Below, in pieces: positions 1 through 9,418 of a DNA stretch of 57,410 bases. Within the stretch, counting starts at the first letter, position 1; every line of letters starts with the position of its first letter. The position numbers and the translations under genes were made by a program. The stretch spans positions 1 to 57,410 of the forward strand of contig JALXEF010000086.1 of NCBI GenBank assembly GCA_027069855.1, written 5' to 3'. Below the pieces are notes generated by a model that was given only the letters and a program-made list of their open reading frames with translations, did not search any database and was not told the origin of the DNA. Source of the stretch: a candidate division WOR-3 bacterium. Lineage in GTDB: Bacteria; Hydrothermota; Hydrothermia; WGAB01.

Positions 1-105
1 GCCCTCTCCGACGCCTATTCCATGTGGCCCTTAGACCGCCTGGAAAAGCTCCTGGAAGCCATCGTGCGCATCCACGAACTGGTGCGCTCCCTGCCGGAGC
101 CTTGA
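1..105 (+). CDS. kdsA: 3' end of probable KDO 8-phosphate synthase (partial)
   Basis: Frame 1 reads ALSDAYSMWPLDRLEKLLEAIVRIHELVRSLPEP*, resembling the KdsA/DAHP synthase I C-terminus (A.SD...wPL..Le.LL). Only 34 codons visible. Confidence 0.55.
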   Translation, partial: ALSDAYSMWPLDRLEKLLEAIVRIHELVRSLPEP

Positions 106-132
106 GGAACGGGGAAAGCCTGAGCCACCGGG

Positions 133-1302
133 CTACGGTAGCACCAGCACCTTGAACATCCGGCCCGCAGGCTTGCGAAGCAGGTAAACCCCGGGGCGAA
201 GGGCTTCGGGCGGCTGCAGACGGCGCCCGGTGGCATCGTAAACCTCTATGCCACCGGACACGAGAACCTGTAGGGCTTCAGGATGCAAAAGCCGGGCGGC
301 CTCCGGGGCCGGCGACGCCGATTCCCGAATTCCTGTGGGGCGCAGGAAAGCCAACGCCCGCAGTCCCTCGGTGCCCTCGGCCACATACATGATGGAGTCG
401 CGTACCGCCACATCCTCGGCCGTGCCCACCGCCGGATGATAGAAACCGACCCGATAGGGCACCGCCGGATTGGCCACATTGATCACCACGATCCCGCTAT
501 CCCGGTCCGCCACCACGATATGGTCGCCCATCACCGCCAGCGCCCGGGCAAGGCCGATGTTCGGGTAGGACCCGATCTCAAAGGGCATGGCTGGATCGGC
601 CACATTCAGGATCCGCAGGCCGCCGGTGCCCGCTGCCAGAAAGGCAAGGGTCCCCTGCACCAGCACATCGTACACTTCGCCTGCCGCCGCAAAGGTCGCC
701 ACGAGCGTGGGGTTTGAGGGGTCCTGAACATTGAGGATCTGCAGGCCCGCCGACGAGTCGGCCACATAGGCCAGGGTATCCTGAACGAACACCCCGTAGG
801 CCAGGCCCGGTGTGTCGTAGGCCCCTACAAAACTCAAACTCGTGGGGTCCGTGACCTCCAACACCTGGAGCCCGGCGGTATGGGCCGCCACGAAGGCCAG
901 GGCACGGCCTTCCCAGGGCCGGTCCTGGATTACCACATCCAGCCCCAGGCCAGAGGGAAAATCGTAGCCGGTAATGGCGACGGGGTGCAGGGTGTCGTTG
1001 AGGTCCACCACCTGGAGGTCCTTGTTGTAGGCCGCGATGAACTGGTACCGGGGCGTGGCGAACAGATGGTACGCAAAGCCGGGAACGGTGCAGGAACCCA
1101 GTTCCGTCAGGTCCAGGGGATTCGCGTTTTTCACCACCCGGAACCCGCCGTCGCCGTCAGCAATGAACAGGAGATCTCCCTCCAGCGCGAGTCCCTGGAC
1201 ATAGCCAGGGGTGTCCAACCGGTTCACGGTCCGCACATAGGCGGAGTCCTGCGCCCAAGAAGGAACGACCAGCACGAGAGCCAGGGCCCACCGCATCGCC
1301 AT
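133..1302 (-). CDS. Secreted LVIVD-repeat beta-propeller protein with T9SS-like C-terminal sorting domain
   Basis: Signal peptide; repeated AYVAD..AGLQILNV.DP..P units; C-terminal VYDATGRRL...PGVYLLR. Start moved to the ATG at 1302, behind a GGAGGT SD. Confidence 0.85.
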   Translation of the reverse strand: MAMRWALALVLVVPSWAQDSAYVRTVNRLDTPGYVQGLALEGDLLFIADGDGGFRVVKNANPLDLTELGSCTVPGFAYHLFATPRYQFIAAYNKDLQVVDLNDTLHPVAITGYDFPSGLGLDVVIQDRPWEGRALAFVAAHTAGLQVLEVTDPTSLSFVGAYDTPGLAYGVFVQDTLAYVADSSAGLQILNVQDPSNPTLVATFAAAGEVYDVLVQGTLAFLAAGTGGLRILNVADPAMPFEIGSYPNIGLARALAVMGDHIVVADRDSGIVVINVANPAVPYRVGFYHPAVGTAEDVAVRDSIMYVAEGTEGLRALAFLRPTGIRESASPAPEAARLLHPEALQVLVSGGIEVYDATGRRLQPPEALRPGVYLLRKPAGRMFKVLVLP

Positions 1303-1353
1303 ACCTCCAACCATAAAACTCCCTAAACCCCAGCAGGCCATAATATTAAAGGC

Positions 1354-1770
1354 ATGACGTACAGGTATCGGGTGCTGATCCTTTTGGGGCTACTGGGAAT
1401 TCTTGCGGTTTGCGCCCGCCCCAACCCGTACGCAAAACTGGTCCAACACGGCCGCTATCGCGCCGGCCCGGTCAAGGTTCTGCGGGGCGACTACGGCGAA
1501 TACCGCTATGTGATCTCGGACTTCCGCAAAAAGGTGGAACGCCGGCGGGCGGAGTTCACCCGGCTGGTCCAGCGCGAAACCGACCTGAAAACCGAGGAAA
1601 TCCTGTTCTACAACGCCGGCGTGGATACGGTGAACCGGGTGATCGTGTTGCGCTACTTCGCCCCCATGCAGGTGAACGATCCCCTGTACGCCGGGGCCCA
1701 GATCCAGTTCGTGCTGGACGAATCCGGCGCCCTCAAGGCCATTTACATCGATCGGGTGCCCTACGAGTAG
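1354..1770 (+). CDS. Hypothetical exported protein/lipoprotein
   Basis: Hydrophobic N-terminus ending LAVC; GC3-rich codons; co-oriented with next genes. Confidence 0.7.
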   Translation: MTYRYRVLILLGLLGILAVCARPNPYAKLVQHGRYRAGPVKVLRGDYGEYRYVISDFRKKVERRRAEFTRLVQRETDLKTEEILFYNAGVDTVNRVIVLRYFAPMQVNDPLYAGAQIQFVLDESGALKAIYIDRVPYE

Positions 1771-1777
1771 CCCCACC

Positions 1778-3184
1778 ATGGGCGACGGCCTCCAGTTCCT
1801 GTTGTACCTTGCCCTGATCGGAGGGCTCGTCGGCTTAAGTGAAGCCCTGCACCAGAAGGGCATTCTCACGCAAGAGGCCAACCGGAAACTCGTGCATGTG
1901 GGGGTGGGCCTCTTCGTTTCCCTGGCCCTGTTCACGCTCCACCACGGCTGGGTGCTGGCCGCTCTGGCCGGCCTCTTTGTGGTGGTCAACGCCGTGGGCC
2001 TCGTGTCCGGCGCCCTGCGCGGCATGCACACCGTGGACCGGGAAACCTGGGGCACCGTGCTCTATCCCCTGGCCGTGGTGATCAACACGCTGTTGCTCTT
2101 TGACCACAGCCGCACGCTTCTCCTTGCCACCCTCGCCCCCATGTTCTTCGGCGACGCCCTGGCTTCACTCGTGGGCCAGCGCTGGCCCCTACGGCGGTTC
2201 GCATCGCTCAGGAAGTCTTTGGCCGGCGCCCTGGCCATGTACCTGGTGTCCCTCGTGTTTTTCTGGGCCCTGATCCCGGCCGGGCCCGTTGCAGTCCTTC
2301 TCCTGGCCCTGATCCCGACCCTCCTGGAACTCTCCTTTACCGGCGGCCTGGACAACCTGGCGGTACCCCTCGGCAACCTGGTGTTCCTGAGCCTGGTACC
2401 GGCCAAAGTGCCCCTCACTTCCTTTGCCATCGCCCTGCTCGTTGCCGGGGTGGTGGCGTATCTGGCCCTTCGGGCGCGGGCCCTGACCCCGGACGGCGCC
2501 CTGGTGACCCTGGTACTCGGCACCCTGATCCTGGCGGCCGGGGGCGTGCAATGGCTCGTGCCCATCCTGGTGTTCTTCATCACCTCGTCGGCCCTGACCA
2601 AAATCTTCCGCGCCAAGGCAACGGTCAAGCCCGGCGAAAGCCGCGACGGCTTCCAGGTGCTGGCCAACGGCGGCCTGGCCGCCCTCTTTGTCACGCTGCA
2701 GGCGTTCGGGGTGGGCGGCATCGACTGGTTCGTGCCCTACCTCGCGGCTCTCGCGGTGGTCAACTCCGACACCTGGTCCACCGAGATCGGATCCACCTCC
2801 CGGTCCGATCCCCGGTCCATTCTGTTCTTCAAAAAGGTGCCCAAGGGCTCGTCGGGCGCGGTGTCCTGGATCGGCAGCCTTGGGGGCGTGCTGGGAAGCC
2901 TGGCCGTGGCCCTCACCGCCCTGTTCTTCGGCTACGCCTGGAACACGGTGCTTTTGGCCTGGGGCGCCGGGATGATCGGCAACCTGGTAGACAGCCTGCT
3001 GGGCGCTACCGTGGAGGTCCGGTACCGCTGCGAAACCTGCGGCGGGGTGTTTGATGTCAAAATCCACTGCAACCGTCCCACCCTCTATGTGGGCGGCCTG
3101 CGCTGGTTCGGCAACAACTGGGTGAACTTCGTGGCAAGTTCCGTGGGCGCCCTGGGCGTGGTGCTCTGGCTGGCTTTTCGGTAA
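1778..3184 (+). CDS. Phytol/dolichol kinase-like (CTP_transf_1) domain fused to DUF92 (TMEM19) membrane domain
   Basis: RKLVH, GDALASLVG, KSLAG, DNL motifs, followed by QVLANGG, DTWSTEIG, G.SGAVS..G, DSLLGATVE, NNWVNF. Confidence 0.85.
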   Translation: MGDGLQFLLYLALIGGLVGLSEALHQKGILTQEANRKLVHVGVGLFVSLALFTLHHGWVLAALAGLFVVVNAVGLVSGALRGMHTVDRETWGTVLYPLAVVINTLLLFDHSRTLLLATLAPMFFGDALASLVGQRWPLRRFASLRKSLAGALAMYLVSLVFFWALIPAGPVAVLLLALIPTLLELSFTGGLDNLAVPLGNLVFLSLVPAKVPLTSFAIALLVAGVVAYLALRARALTPDGALVTLVLGTLILAAGGVQWLVPILVFFITSSALTKIFRAKATVKPGESRDGFQVLANGGLAALFVTLQAFGVGGIDWFVPYLAALAVVNSDTWSTEIGSTSRSDPRSILFFKKVPKGSSGAVSWIGSLGGVLGSLAVALTALFFGYAWNTVLLAWGAGMIGNLVDSLLGATVEVRYRCETCGGVFDVKIHCNRPTLYVGGLRWFGNNWVNFVASSVGALGVVLWLAFR

Positions 3185-3198
3185 CCCGGAGGAATCCG

Positions 3199-4119
3199 AT
3201 GGCCCGGGTACGCTATGTGTTCCATCCCCGCTACGAAATGGACCTCCAGGGCCATGTGTTCCCCACCCAAAAGTATCGGCTGGTACGCGAACGGCTCCTG
3301 GCCGAGGGCCTGGCCCGGCCCGAGGACTTTGAAGAGCCCGAGCCCATCACCCTGGACGACCTCAAAATCGTGCATACCCCGGAGTACCTGGACGACCTGC
3401 GGCACCTCCGCTGGACCCACCGCACCATGTACTCCGAACTGCCCCTCACCCGCGAGATTGTGGAGGGCTTCGTGCTCATGGCCGGGGGCACCTGGAAGGC
3501 CACCCGGCTGGCCCTCCAGGACGGCTTTGGATACCACATCGGCGGCGGCTTCCACCATGCCTATTCCGACCATGCCGAGGGCTTCTGCTATGTCAACGAC
3601 CTGGCCTATGCCATCCGCCGCGCCCAAACAGAAGGCCTGATTGAGCGGGCCCTCGTGGTGGACTGCGACGTACACCAGGGGAACGGCACCGCCGCCATCT
3701 TCCGCCATGATCCCTCGGTATTCACCTTTTCCATCCACCAGGAGGAACTCTATCCCTGGCCCAAGGAACAGAGCGACTGGGATATCGGCCTGCCCCTGTA
3801 CACGGGCGACGAGGTCTATCTTGCAGAACTGCGGGCCGCGCTGGAGGAGATCTATCGGCGGTTCACGCCGGACCTTGTGGTGTACCAGGCCGGTGCCGAC
3901 CCCTATCGGGAAGATCAGCTGGCCAACCTCCGCCTGAGCAAGGAGGGGCTGATGGAGCGCGACCGCATCGTGCTGGGCATGGCCTGGCAACGCCGGATCC
4001 CGGTGGTGATCACCCTGGGCGGCGGCTACGCCCTGCGGGTGGAAGACACCGTGGAGATCCATGTCAACACGGCCAGGGTGGCCCGAGAATTGGCCAGCGG
4101 GCAGGGCGAACCTGCCTGA
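3199..4119 (+). CDS. Histone deacetylase family protein
   Basis: GGGFHHA, GFCYVND, DCDVHQGNGT, AGADP..D, GGGY motifs. Confidence 0.95.
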   Translation: MARVRYVFHPRYEMDLQGHVFPTQKYRLVRERLLAEGLARPEDFEEPEPITLDDLKIVHTPEYLDDLRHLRWTHRTMYSELPLTREIVEGFVLMAGGTWKATRLALQDGFGYHIGGGFHHAYSDHAEGFCYVNDLAYAIRRAQTEGLIERALVVDCDVHQGNGTAAIFRHDPSVFTFSIHQEELYPWPKEQSDWDIGLPLYTGDEVYLAELRAALEEIYRRFTPDLVVYQAGADPYREDQLANLRLSKEGLMERDRIVLGMAWQRRIPVVITLGGGYALRVEDTVEIHVNTARVARELASGQGEPA

Positions 4120-4200
4120 GGGGTTCCACCCTCTTGCACTTTGTTCTTAAACCCTGTATGGTACATTTAGCGCAACCCTTAACCATCATGGAGGTGTTCC

Positions 4201-5109
4201 ATGAAGCGTTTGGTAGTTGGACTGCTGTTCGCTACGGTTGCTTTGTGGGCAGCTCCCACCATTGACGGGGTGATCACTCCCGGCGAAGGATGGATTCTCG
4301 TCGGGAGCGATGCTTATGCCACTGGGGGGGGTGCCGGTGCGCACCTGGGAGATTTCTATTATTATCGCGACGCTGCATATCTGTACCTTGCCTTCAGCAC
4401 TCAAAACACGGAGAGCTGGAATTTAGCCTACGGGATCGCCTTGGATCCCCAGGACCCTCCGGGCTATGTGGGGGTTCCTGGCACAGATGTGGATGCTTGG
4501 AACCGTTATATCACCTTTGACAATCCTCCAACGGTCAACTGGGAATTCTACTGGTACTGGGACGGTGCAAGTGGCAGCATAACCGCCTTCAATGAGTGTC
4601 AATGGACTGGGAGTGGGTGGAACTATCAGGCTGTGGGCAACTACGCCTACACCGGTGATGCCGCTACTGGTCTCCAGCAACTGGAGTATCAGGTGGCCTG
4701 GTCGGACCTGGAGTTCAACATCCCGCCCGATGACATCTGCCTCGCTCTGTGGATTGCAGGAGCAGACAATAACACCTCGGCCGTCGATGTGATCCCGCAG
4801 GATCCCACCGTTTCCGATGGTGGCGGTTCCGAGTGGACCGATACTGACGACCAACTGGGGTGCATCATGGCCCCTGTAGCAGTGCATGAGGGTAGTCTGA
4901 CTCCCACAATCCGCGTAACGCCTGTCCTCAACGGCCTTCGGGTAGCCGCCGACCATCCCGTGACCATCACCCTATACCGGGCCAACGGTCAAAAGGTCCT
5001 CACCCAGTCTGTATCCGGTTTCCTGAATCTCAGGAACCTGGAGAAGGGGGTGTATCTGTACCACATCGCCGGGACCACCGAAACCGGCAAAGTGGTGGTA
5101 ATCCACTAA
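4201..5109 (+). CDS. Secreted Trp/Asp-rich protein with T9SS-like C-terminal domain (paralog 1)
   Basis: GGAGGT SD; signal peptide; PTIDG motif (DOMON/CBM9-like start); C-terminal LYRANGQKV...LEKGVYLY...GKVVVIH. Confidence 0.8.
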   Translation: MKRLVVGLLFATVALWAAPTIDGVITPGEGWILVGSDAYATGGGAGAHLGDFYYYRDAAYLYLAFSTQNTESWNLAYGIALDPQDPPGYVGVPGTDVDAWNRYITFDNPPTVNWEFYWYWDGASGSITAFNECQWTGSGWNYQAVGNYAYTGDAATGLQQLEYQVAWSDLEFNIPPDDICLALWIAGADNNTSAVDVIPQDPTVSDGGGSEWTDTDDQLGCIMAPVAVHEGSLTPTIRVTPVLNGLRVAADHPVTITLYRANGQKVLTQSVSGFLNLRNLEKGVYLYHIAGTTETGKVVVIH

Positions 5110-5134
5110 ACTTTGACCACCAAAGGGTTGCGTG

Positions 5135-5168
5135 GCGGGGGCCAGATTGGGGCCCCCGCTGTGTTTTT
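5135..5168 (+). terminator. Intrinsic terminator
   Basis: GCGGGGGCC/GGCCCCCGC stem followed by TGTGTTTTT, just after the 5109 stop. Confidence 0.75.
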
Positions 5169-5400
5169 AGCCTGATCGTTTCCCGCAATCTGTTTTTTCC
5201 TATCCCGGAATGCTCCTCTTACTTTGCAAAACTTTTTTAATTAGGTTGCCTTTGGAAGCATTCGCTCCCTTCAGATCAAAGCCAAATTCATTTTATCTAC
5301 AGCCCATTCTTCGAAAACCTCTGTACTTAGACTGCTGGAACGTTCCCGTAGAAATCTTATTCAAAATGTTAACATCAACAGGAAGATCTGCCGAACAAAA

Positions 5401-5429
5401 TTTGCTTTTCCCCGCGTAGAGCGTATACT
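5401..5429 (+). promoter_or_regulatory. Putative sigma70 promoter of paralog 2
   Basis: TTGCTT-16 nt-TATACT upstream of the AGGAGG SD and ATG 5454. Confidence 0.5.
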
Positions 5430-5453
5430 CAGGTTATCAACAGGAGGCGTTGA

Positions 5454-6365
5454 ATGAAGTACTTCACCGTAGTCATGATGTCCGCCGTGTTGGCATCGGC
5501 CCTTTGGGCATCACCAACCATCGATGGGGTGGTAGATTCCAACGAGGGTTGGCTCTCCCTCGGACAATCCCAGTACCAGGATGGTGGTGGGGCTGGGGCT
5601 AACCTGAACGAGTTCTTTTACTATCCTGATTCAGCACGCGAGTATCTTTTCCTCGCCTTCAAGACCAACAACACAGCCAGCTGGGATGTCTCCTACGGCA
5701 TCGGCCTGGATGTGGACAAGGTCACAGGCTCCGGTTACTTTCAGGGGGACAACGATGCCTGGGGACGAAAACTCAGCTTCGACAACCTGCCCGCACTGGA
5801 ATGGGAGTTTTACTGGTGGTGGAGTGGTGCCGACGGCGCTGTAACCTCCTTCAATAGTTGCCAATGGACGGGATCGGGCTGGAACTACACCTCCTACGGC
5901 ACCTACGCCTATACGGGTGATGCAACCACGGGTCTCCAGGCGCTGGAGTACAAGGTAGCCTTTTCTGATCTGGGCATCACCGAAGTTCCCCGGTATGTGC
6001 TGTTGAACCTCTGGATTGCTGGAGGAGACGGTTCCTCGGCCGTGGATGTCATCCCCTTTGACCCCACCGTGTGGAACAACGATCCCAATGAGTGGAATGA
6101 TGCAGACACCCTGGGCGCCAATACCGCCATCGGTGTCCTCGAGGGGCCGGCCATCGGAAGCCGGGTGGTCATCCGCCCGGTTCTTAACGGCCTCCGGGTG
6201 TCCGCTGACCATCCCGTGACCGTCACCCTGTATCGTGCCAACGGCCAAAAGGTGCTGGAACGCTCGGTCAACGGCTTCCTGAACCTCGCCGACCTGGAAC
6301 GGGGCGTGTACCTGTATCGCGTGAAGGGATCCTACGAAACCGGCAAGGTAATGGTGATCCACTGA
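5454..6365 (+). CDS. Secreted protein with T9SS-like C-terminal domain (paralog 2)
   Basis: Colinear similarity to 4201-5109 (PTIDG, WEFYW.W.GA.G, CQWTGSGWNY, SAVDVIP.DPTV, near-identical CTD). Confidence 0.8.
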   Translation: MKYFTVVMMSAVLASALWASPTIDGVVDSNEGWLSLGQSQYQDGGGAGANLNEFFYYPDSAREYLFLAFKTNNTASWDVSYGIGLDVDKVTGSGYFQGDNDAWGRKLSFDNLPALEWEFYWWWSGADGAVTSFNSCQWTGSGWNYTSYGTYAYTGDATTGLQALEYKVAFSDLGITEVPRYVLLNLWIAGGDGSSAVDVIPFDPTVWNNDPNEWNDADTLGANTAIGVLEGPAIGSRVVIRPVLNGLRVSADHPVTVTLYRANGQKVLERSVNGFLNLADLERGVYLYRVKGSYETGKVMVIH

Positions 6366-6386
6366 ACAACGAATCACTGGACTTTT

Positions 6387-6424
6387 CCGAGGGGGCGGCC
6401 GCCGTACGGCGGCCGCCCCCTCGG
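6387..6424. terminator. Perfect 38-bp palindrome between convergent genes (probable bidirectional terminator)
   Basis: CCGAGGGGGCGGCCGCCGT|ACGGCGGCCGCCCCCTCGG. Confidence 0.7.
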
Positions 6425-6427
6425 CGT

Positions 6428-7591
6428 TTATAACGCCTGAAACAGCCAGCCCTTCAGGTACCGGCTCTCCGGAAATCCCAGGAGCACCGGATGGTCGGGC
6501 GCCTGCTGAAACTGGTGCACTACCCGAAACGGCCGCTTCAGGCTCTCTGCAGCCCGCTGAAAGGACTCCAACAGGTCCTGCTCCGAGACATGCGTGGCAC
6601 ACGAAAAGGTGGCCACCAAGCCCTGGGGCCGCAACAGCCGAATCACCCGATCGTGCAGCATCCGGTATCCCTTTAACGCCCCGGACCGGGCGCCCCGGCG
6701 GTGGGTAAAGGACGGGGGATCCAGCACGATGGCATCAAACTGCTCGCCGGCAAGGAGCATCTCCTCTACAAAGTCAAACACATTTTTGCGGAACACCACC
6801 ACCCGGCTCGGATCCAGGCCGTTGAGCTCCGCATTGACCCGAATCAGGTCGGCGTTGGCCGGGTTTCCCTCCACCGCATACACCTGCCTCGCTCCGCCCC
6901 GGAGCAGGTGCAGGGTGAAGCCGCCGGTATAGGCAAAGAGGTCCAGCGCCCGCCCCCGGGCCCACGCCTCCATCACCCGCCGATTCTCGCGCTGGTCCAG
7001 GAAAAAGCCCGTTTTGTTGCCGCCCAGGAGGTCCACCCGGTACCGCATCCCCGCCACCGTGATCACCAACGGCTCGGGCACCTCGCCCCGCACCACGCCC
7101 TCCCGGGGCTCCAGCCCCTCTTCCCGCCGCCCGGCGGTATCGCTTTTCTCCACGATGAACTCCGGCTCCAGCAGGTCCTCCAGGGCCTTCAGCAGATCGC
7201 CCCGCCGCCGCTCCATGCCCAAGGCGTTGATCTGGAATACCACTCCCCGCTCGTACCGGTCCACCACCAGGCCCGGCAGGCCGTCGGCCTCGCTGTGCAC
7301 CCACCGATACGCCGTCTCGCGGGTCCGGCGGAACAGGAACCGCCGGTACTCCAGGGCCCGGAAAAGACGCTCCTTGATGGCCAGGTAATCTAAGGGCTCC
7401 TCCTTGAGGGAGTAACGGCGGAGCGCCAGCACCGACCGGGGGTTAAAGAGGTAGGAGCCCAGGAACTGGCCCCGGGTGTTATACACGGCCACGGCGTCCC
7501 CGGGCTCGGCGTCGCCGGCATCCACAATGCGCTTGCTGTAGATCCAGGGGTGCAACTGGCCGGGACGGCCCTTGACGACAACCCGCTTCAT
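6428..7591 (-). CDS. RlmI-family class I SAM-dependent rRNA methyltransferase (PUA domain)
   Basis: HPWIY, HSEADGLPGLVVDRY, KTGFFLDQRENR, LDLFAYTGGF, LDPPSF, DHP...PESRYLK. Confidence 0.92.
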   Translation of the reverse strand: MKRVVVKGRPGQLHPWIYSKRIVDAGDAEPGDAVAVYNTRGQFLGSYLFNPRSVLALRRYSLKEEPLDYLAIKERLFRALEYRRFLFRRTRETAYRWVHSEADGLPGLVVDRYERGVVFQINALGMERRRGDLLKALEDLLEPEFIVEKSDTAGRREEGLEPREGVVRGEVPEPLVITVAGMRYRVDLLGGNKTGFFLDQRENRRVMEAWARGRALDLFAYTGGFTLHLLRGGARQVYAVEGNPANADLIRVNAELNGLDPSRVVVFRKNVFDFVEEMLLAGEQFDAIVLDPPSFTHRRGARSGALKGYRMLHDRVIRLLRPQGLVATFSCATHVSEQDLLESFQRAAESLKRPFRVVHQFQQAPDHPVLLGFPESRYLKGWLFQAL

Positions 7592-7601
7592 GGTGGGGTT
7601 T

Positions 7602-8426
7602 TCACAGGAGTTCCAGGATGCCCTTCACCAGCCGGGCCAGTTCGCCGCCGGCCCGCTCCGCCATGGCCACCACCTCTTCGTGGGTCGCCGGCTCGGGCTG
7701 GTACGGGTTGGCCACATTGGTGATCACCGAAAACCCCAGCACCTTCATCCCCATGTGGTTCGCCACGATCACCTCGGGCACCGTGGACATGCCCACGGCG
7801 TCGCCGCCGATGGTGCGCACAAACAGGTACTCGGCCGGGGTTTCCAGGTTGGGGCCCGGCAGTGCCACGTACACGCCCTGCCGCAGGAACACCCCCTTCT
7901 TTCTGGCCACCTCAATGGCGAGATCCCGGAGGCCCCGGTCGTAGGCGTTGTGCATGGACGGAAACCGGGGGCCCAGGGTGTCGTCATTGGGGCCCCGCAG
8001 GGGGTTGTCCGGGATCAGGTTGATGTGGTCCACGATCATCATCAGGTCGCCGGGCCGGAAATGGGGGTTTACGCCGCCTGCGGCGTTGGATACGATGAGC
8101 ACCGACACCCCCAAAAGCCGCATCACCCGAATCGGAAAGGTAACCTCGGCCGCCGAATAGCCCTCGTAATAGTGGAACCGCCCCTGCATGGCCATCACCC
8201 GTTTGCCGCTCAGGGTGCCGAAGATCAACTTGCCCCGGTGGCCCTTGACCGTGGAAACCGGAAAATGCGGGATGTCCCAGTAGGGGATTTCTACCTCTTT
8301 TTCAATGTCCTCGGCCAAACCGCCCAGGCCGGACCCCAGAACGATCCCCACCTCCGGCGAAGCCGGAATCCGTTCCCGCAGATACTGTTCGGCTTCGGCC
8401 AGTTTCCGCCCCAGATCCTCAATCAT
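7602..8426 (-). CDS. punA: Purine nucleoside phosphorylase (trimeric type)
   Basis: GIVLGSGLG, GH.G.L, QGRFHYYEGY, NAAGG, GP..ETPAE, VGMSTVPE. Confidence 0.95.
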   Translation of the reverse strand: MIEDLGRKLAEAEQYLRERIPASPEVGIVLGSGLGGLAEDIEKEVEIPYWDIPHFPVSTVKGHRGKLIFGTLSGKRVMAMQGRFHYYEGYSAAEVTFPIRVMRLLGVSVLIVSNAAGGVNPHFRPGDLMMIVDHINLIPDNPLRGPNDDTLGPRFPSMHNAYDRGLRDLAIEVARKKGVFLRQGVYVALPGPNLETPAEYLFVRTIGGDAVGMSTVPEVIVANHMGMKVLGFSVITNVANPYQPEPATHEEVVAMAERAGGELARLVKGILELL

Positions 8427-8458
8427 GGGTCACCTCCTCGTGTGGCTAAATATACGGG

Positions 8459-9418
8459 CTATCGGATTTCCAGCATGCGTCGCAGGGCCCGCTCGGCCCG
8501 CTGCCGGATCTCCTCGGGCACCGTCACCGGGTACACCTCGTCCCGGAGCGAGCGGTACACGCCCTCCAGCGTGGTCATCTTCATGAACTCGCAGACGGCC
8601 TCCTCGTCCACCGGCATAAAGGTCTTGTTCGGAAACTCCCGCTGAAGCCGTTGCACCAGACCCACCTCGGTGGCAATCAAGAACACCGAGCCCTCCGGCG
8701 CCTCGGCCGCGGCCCTGACCATGCCGCCGGTGGACGCAAACTGCACCCGGTCGGCCGGTACCTGGCCCTGCTGCACGAGTTCCGAAAGAACCCACGAAGC
8801 CTGGCTCTCCGGGTGTACCAGCAGCCGGGCCTTTGGAACGGCCTCCAGGAGGTCCAGCAACCGGGACAGCGTAAACCGATAGTGCACATGGCAGTGGCCG
8901 GGCCACAGGGTGAGTCGTCGGCCGGTTTGCCGCATCACATAGGTGCCCAGGAAAAAGTCGGGCACGAACAGGATCTCGCGGCCCTCGGGAATCTGGGCCA
9001 CCACCTTTACGGCATTGGAGGAGGTACAGCAGTAGTCGCTCACGGCCTTGACCTCGGCCGTGGTGTTGACATAGGACACCACCACGCCCTCCGGGTGCTT
9101 CTCTCGCCAGCGCAGGATATCTTCGGTCGTCACCGAATCCGCCAGGCTGCAGCCGGCCTCCAGCGAGGGGATCAACACCTTTTTGTCGGGCGAGAGGATG
9201 GCCGCAGTTTCGGCCATGAAGTGCACGCCGGCAAACACGATGATGCGCGCGTCGGTTTCCGCGGCCCGGAGCGAGAGGTCCAGGGAATCCCCCACAAAAT
9301 CCGCCACCGCCTGCACCTCACCCACCTGGTAATTGTGGGCCAGGATCACCGCCTGTTTCTCTTTCTTCAGGCACTGGATTTCGGCCACCAGGTCGTCGCG
9401 GGTCATCCTTCGGGTCAT
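8459..9418 (-). CDS. nadA: Quinolinate synthase
   Basis: ILAHNYQ, GDSL, GVHFMAETA, GCSLA, YVNT, CTSSNA, CHVH, HPE, C.FMK. Start at ATG 9418 overlaps the nadC stop (ATGA), SD GGAGGT. Confidence 0.96.
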   Translation of the reverse strand: MTRRMTRDDLVAEIQCLKKEKQAVILAHNYQVGEVQAVADFVGDSLDLSLRAAETDARIIVFAGVHFMAETAAILSPDKKVLIPSLEAGCSLADSVTTEDILRWREKHPEGVVVSYVNTTAEVKAVSDYCCTSSNAVKVVAQIPEGREILFVPDFFLGTYVMRQTGRRLTLWPGHCHVHYRFTLSRLLDLLEAVPKARLLVHPESQASWVLSELVQQGQVPADRVQFASTGGMVRAAAEAPEGSVFLIATEVGLVQRLQREFPNKTFMPVDEEAVCEFMKMTTLEGVYRSLRDEVYPVTVPEEIRQRAERALRRMLEIR

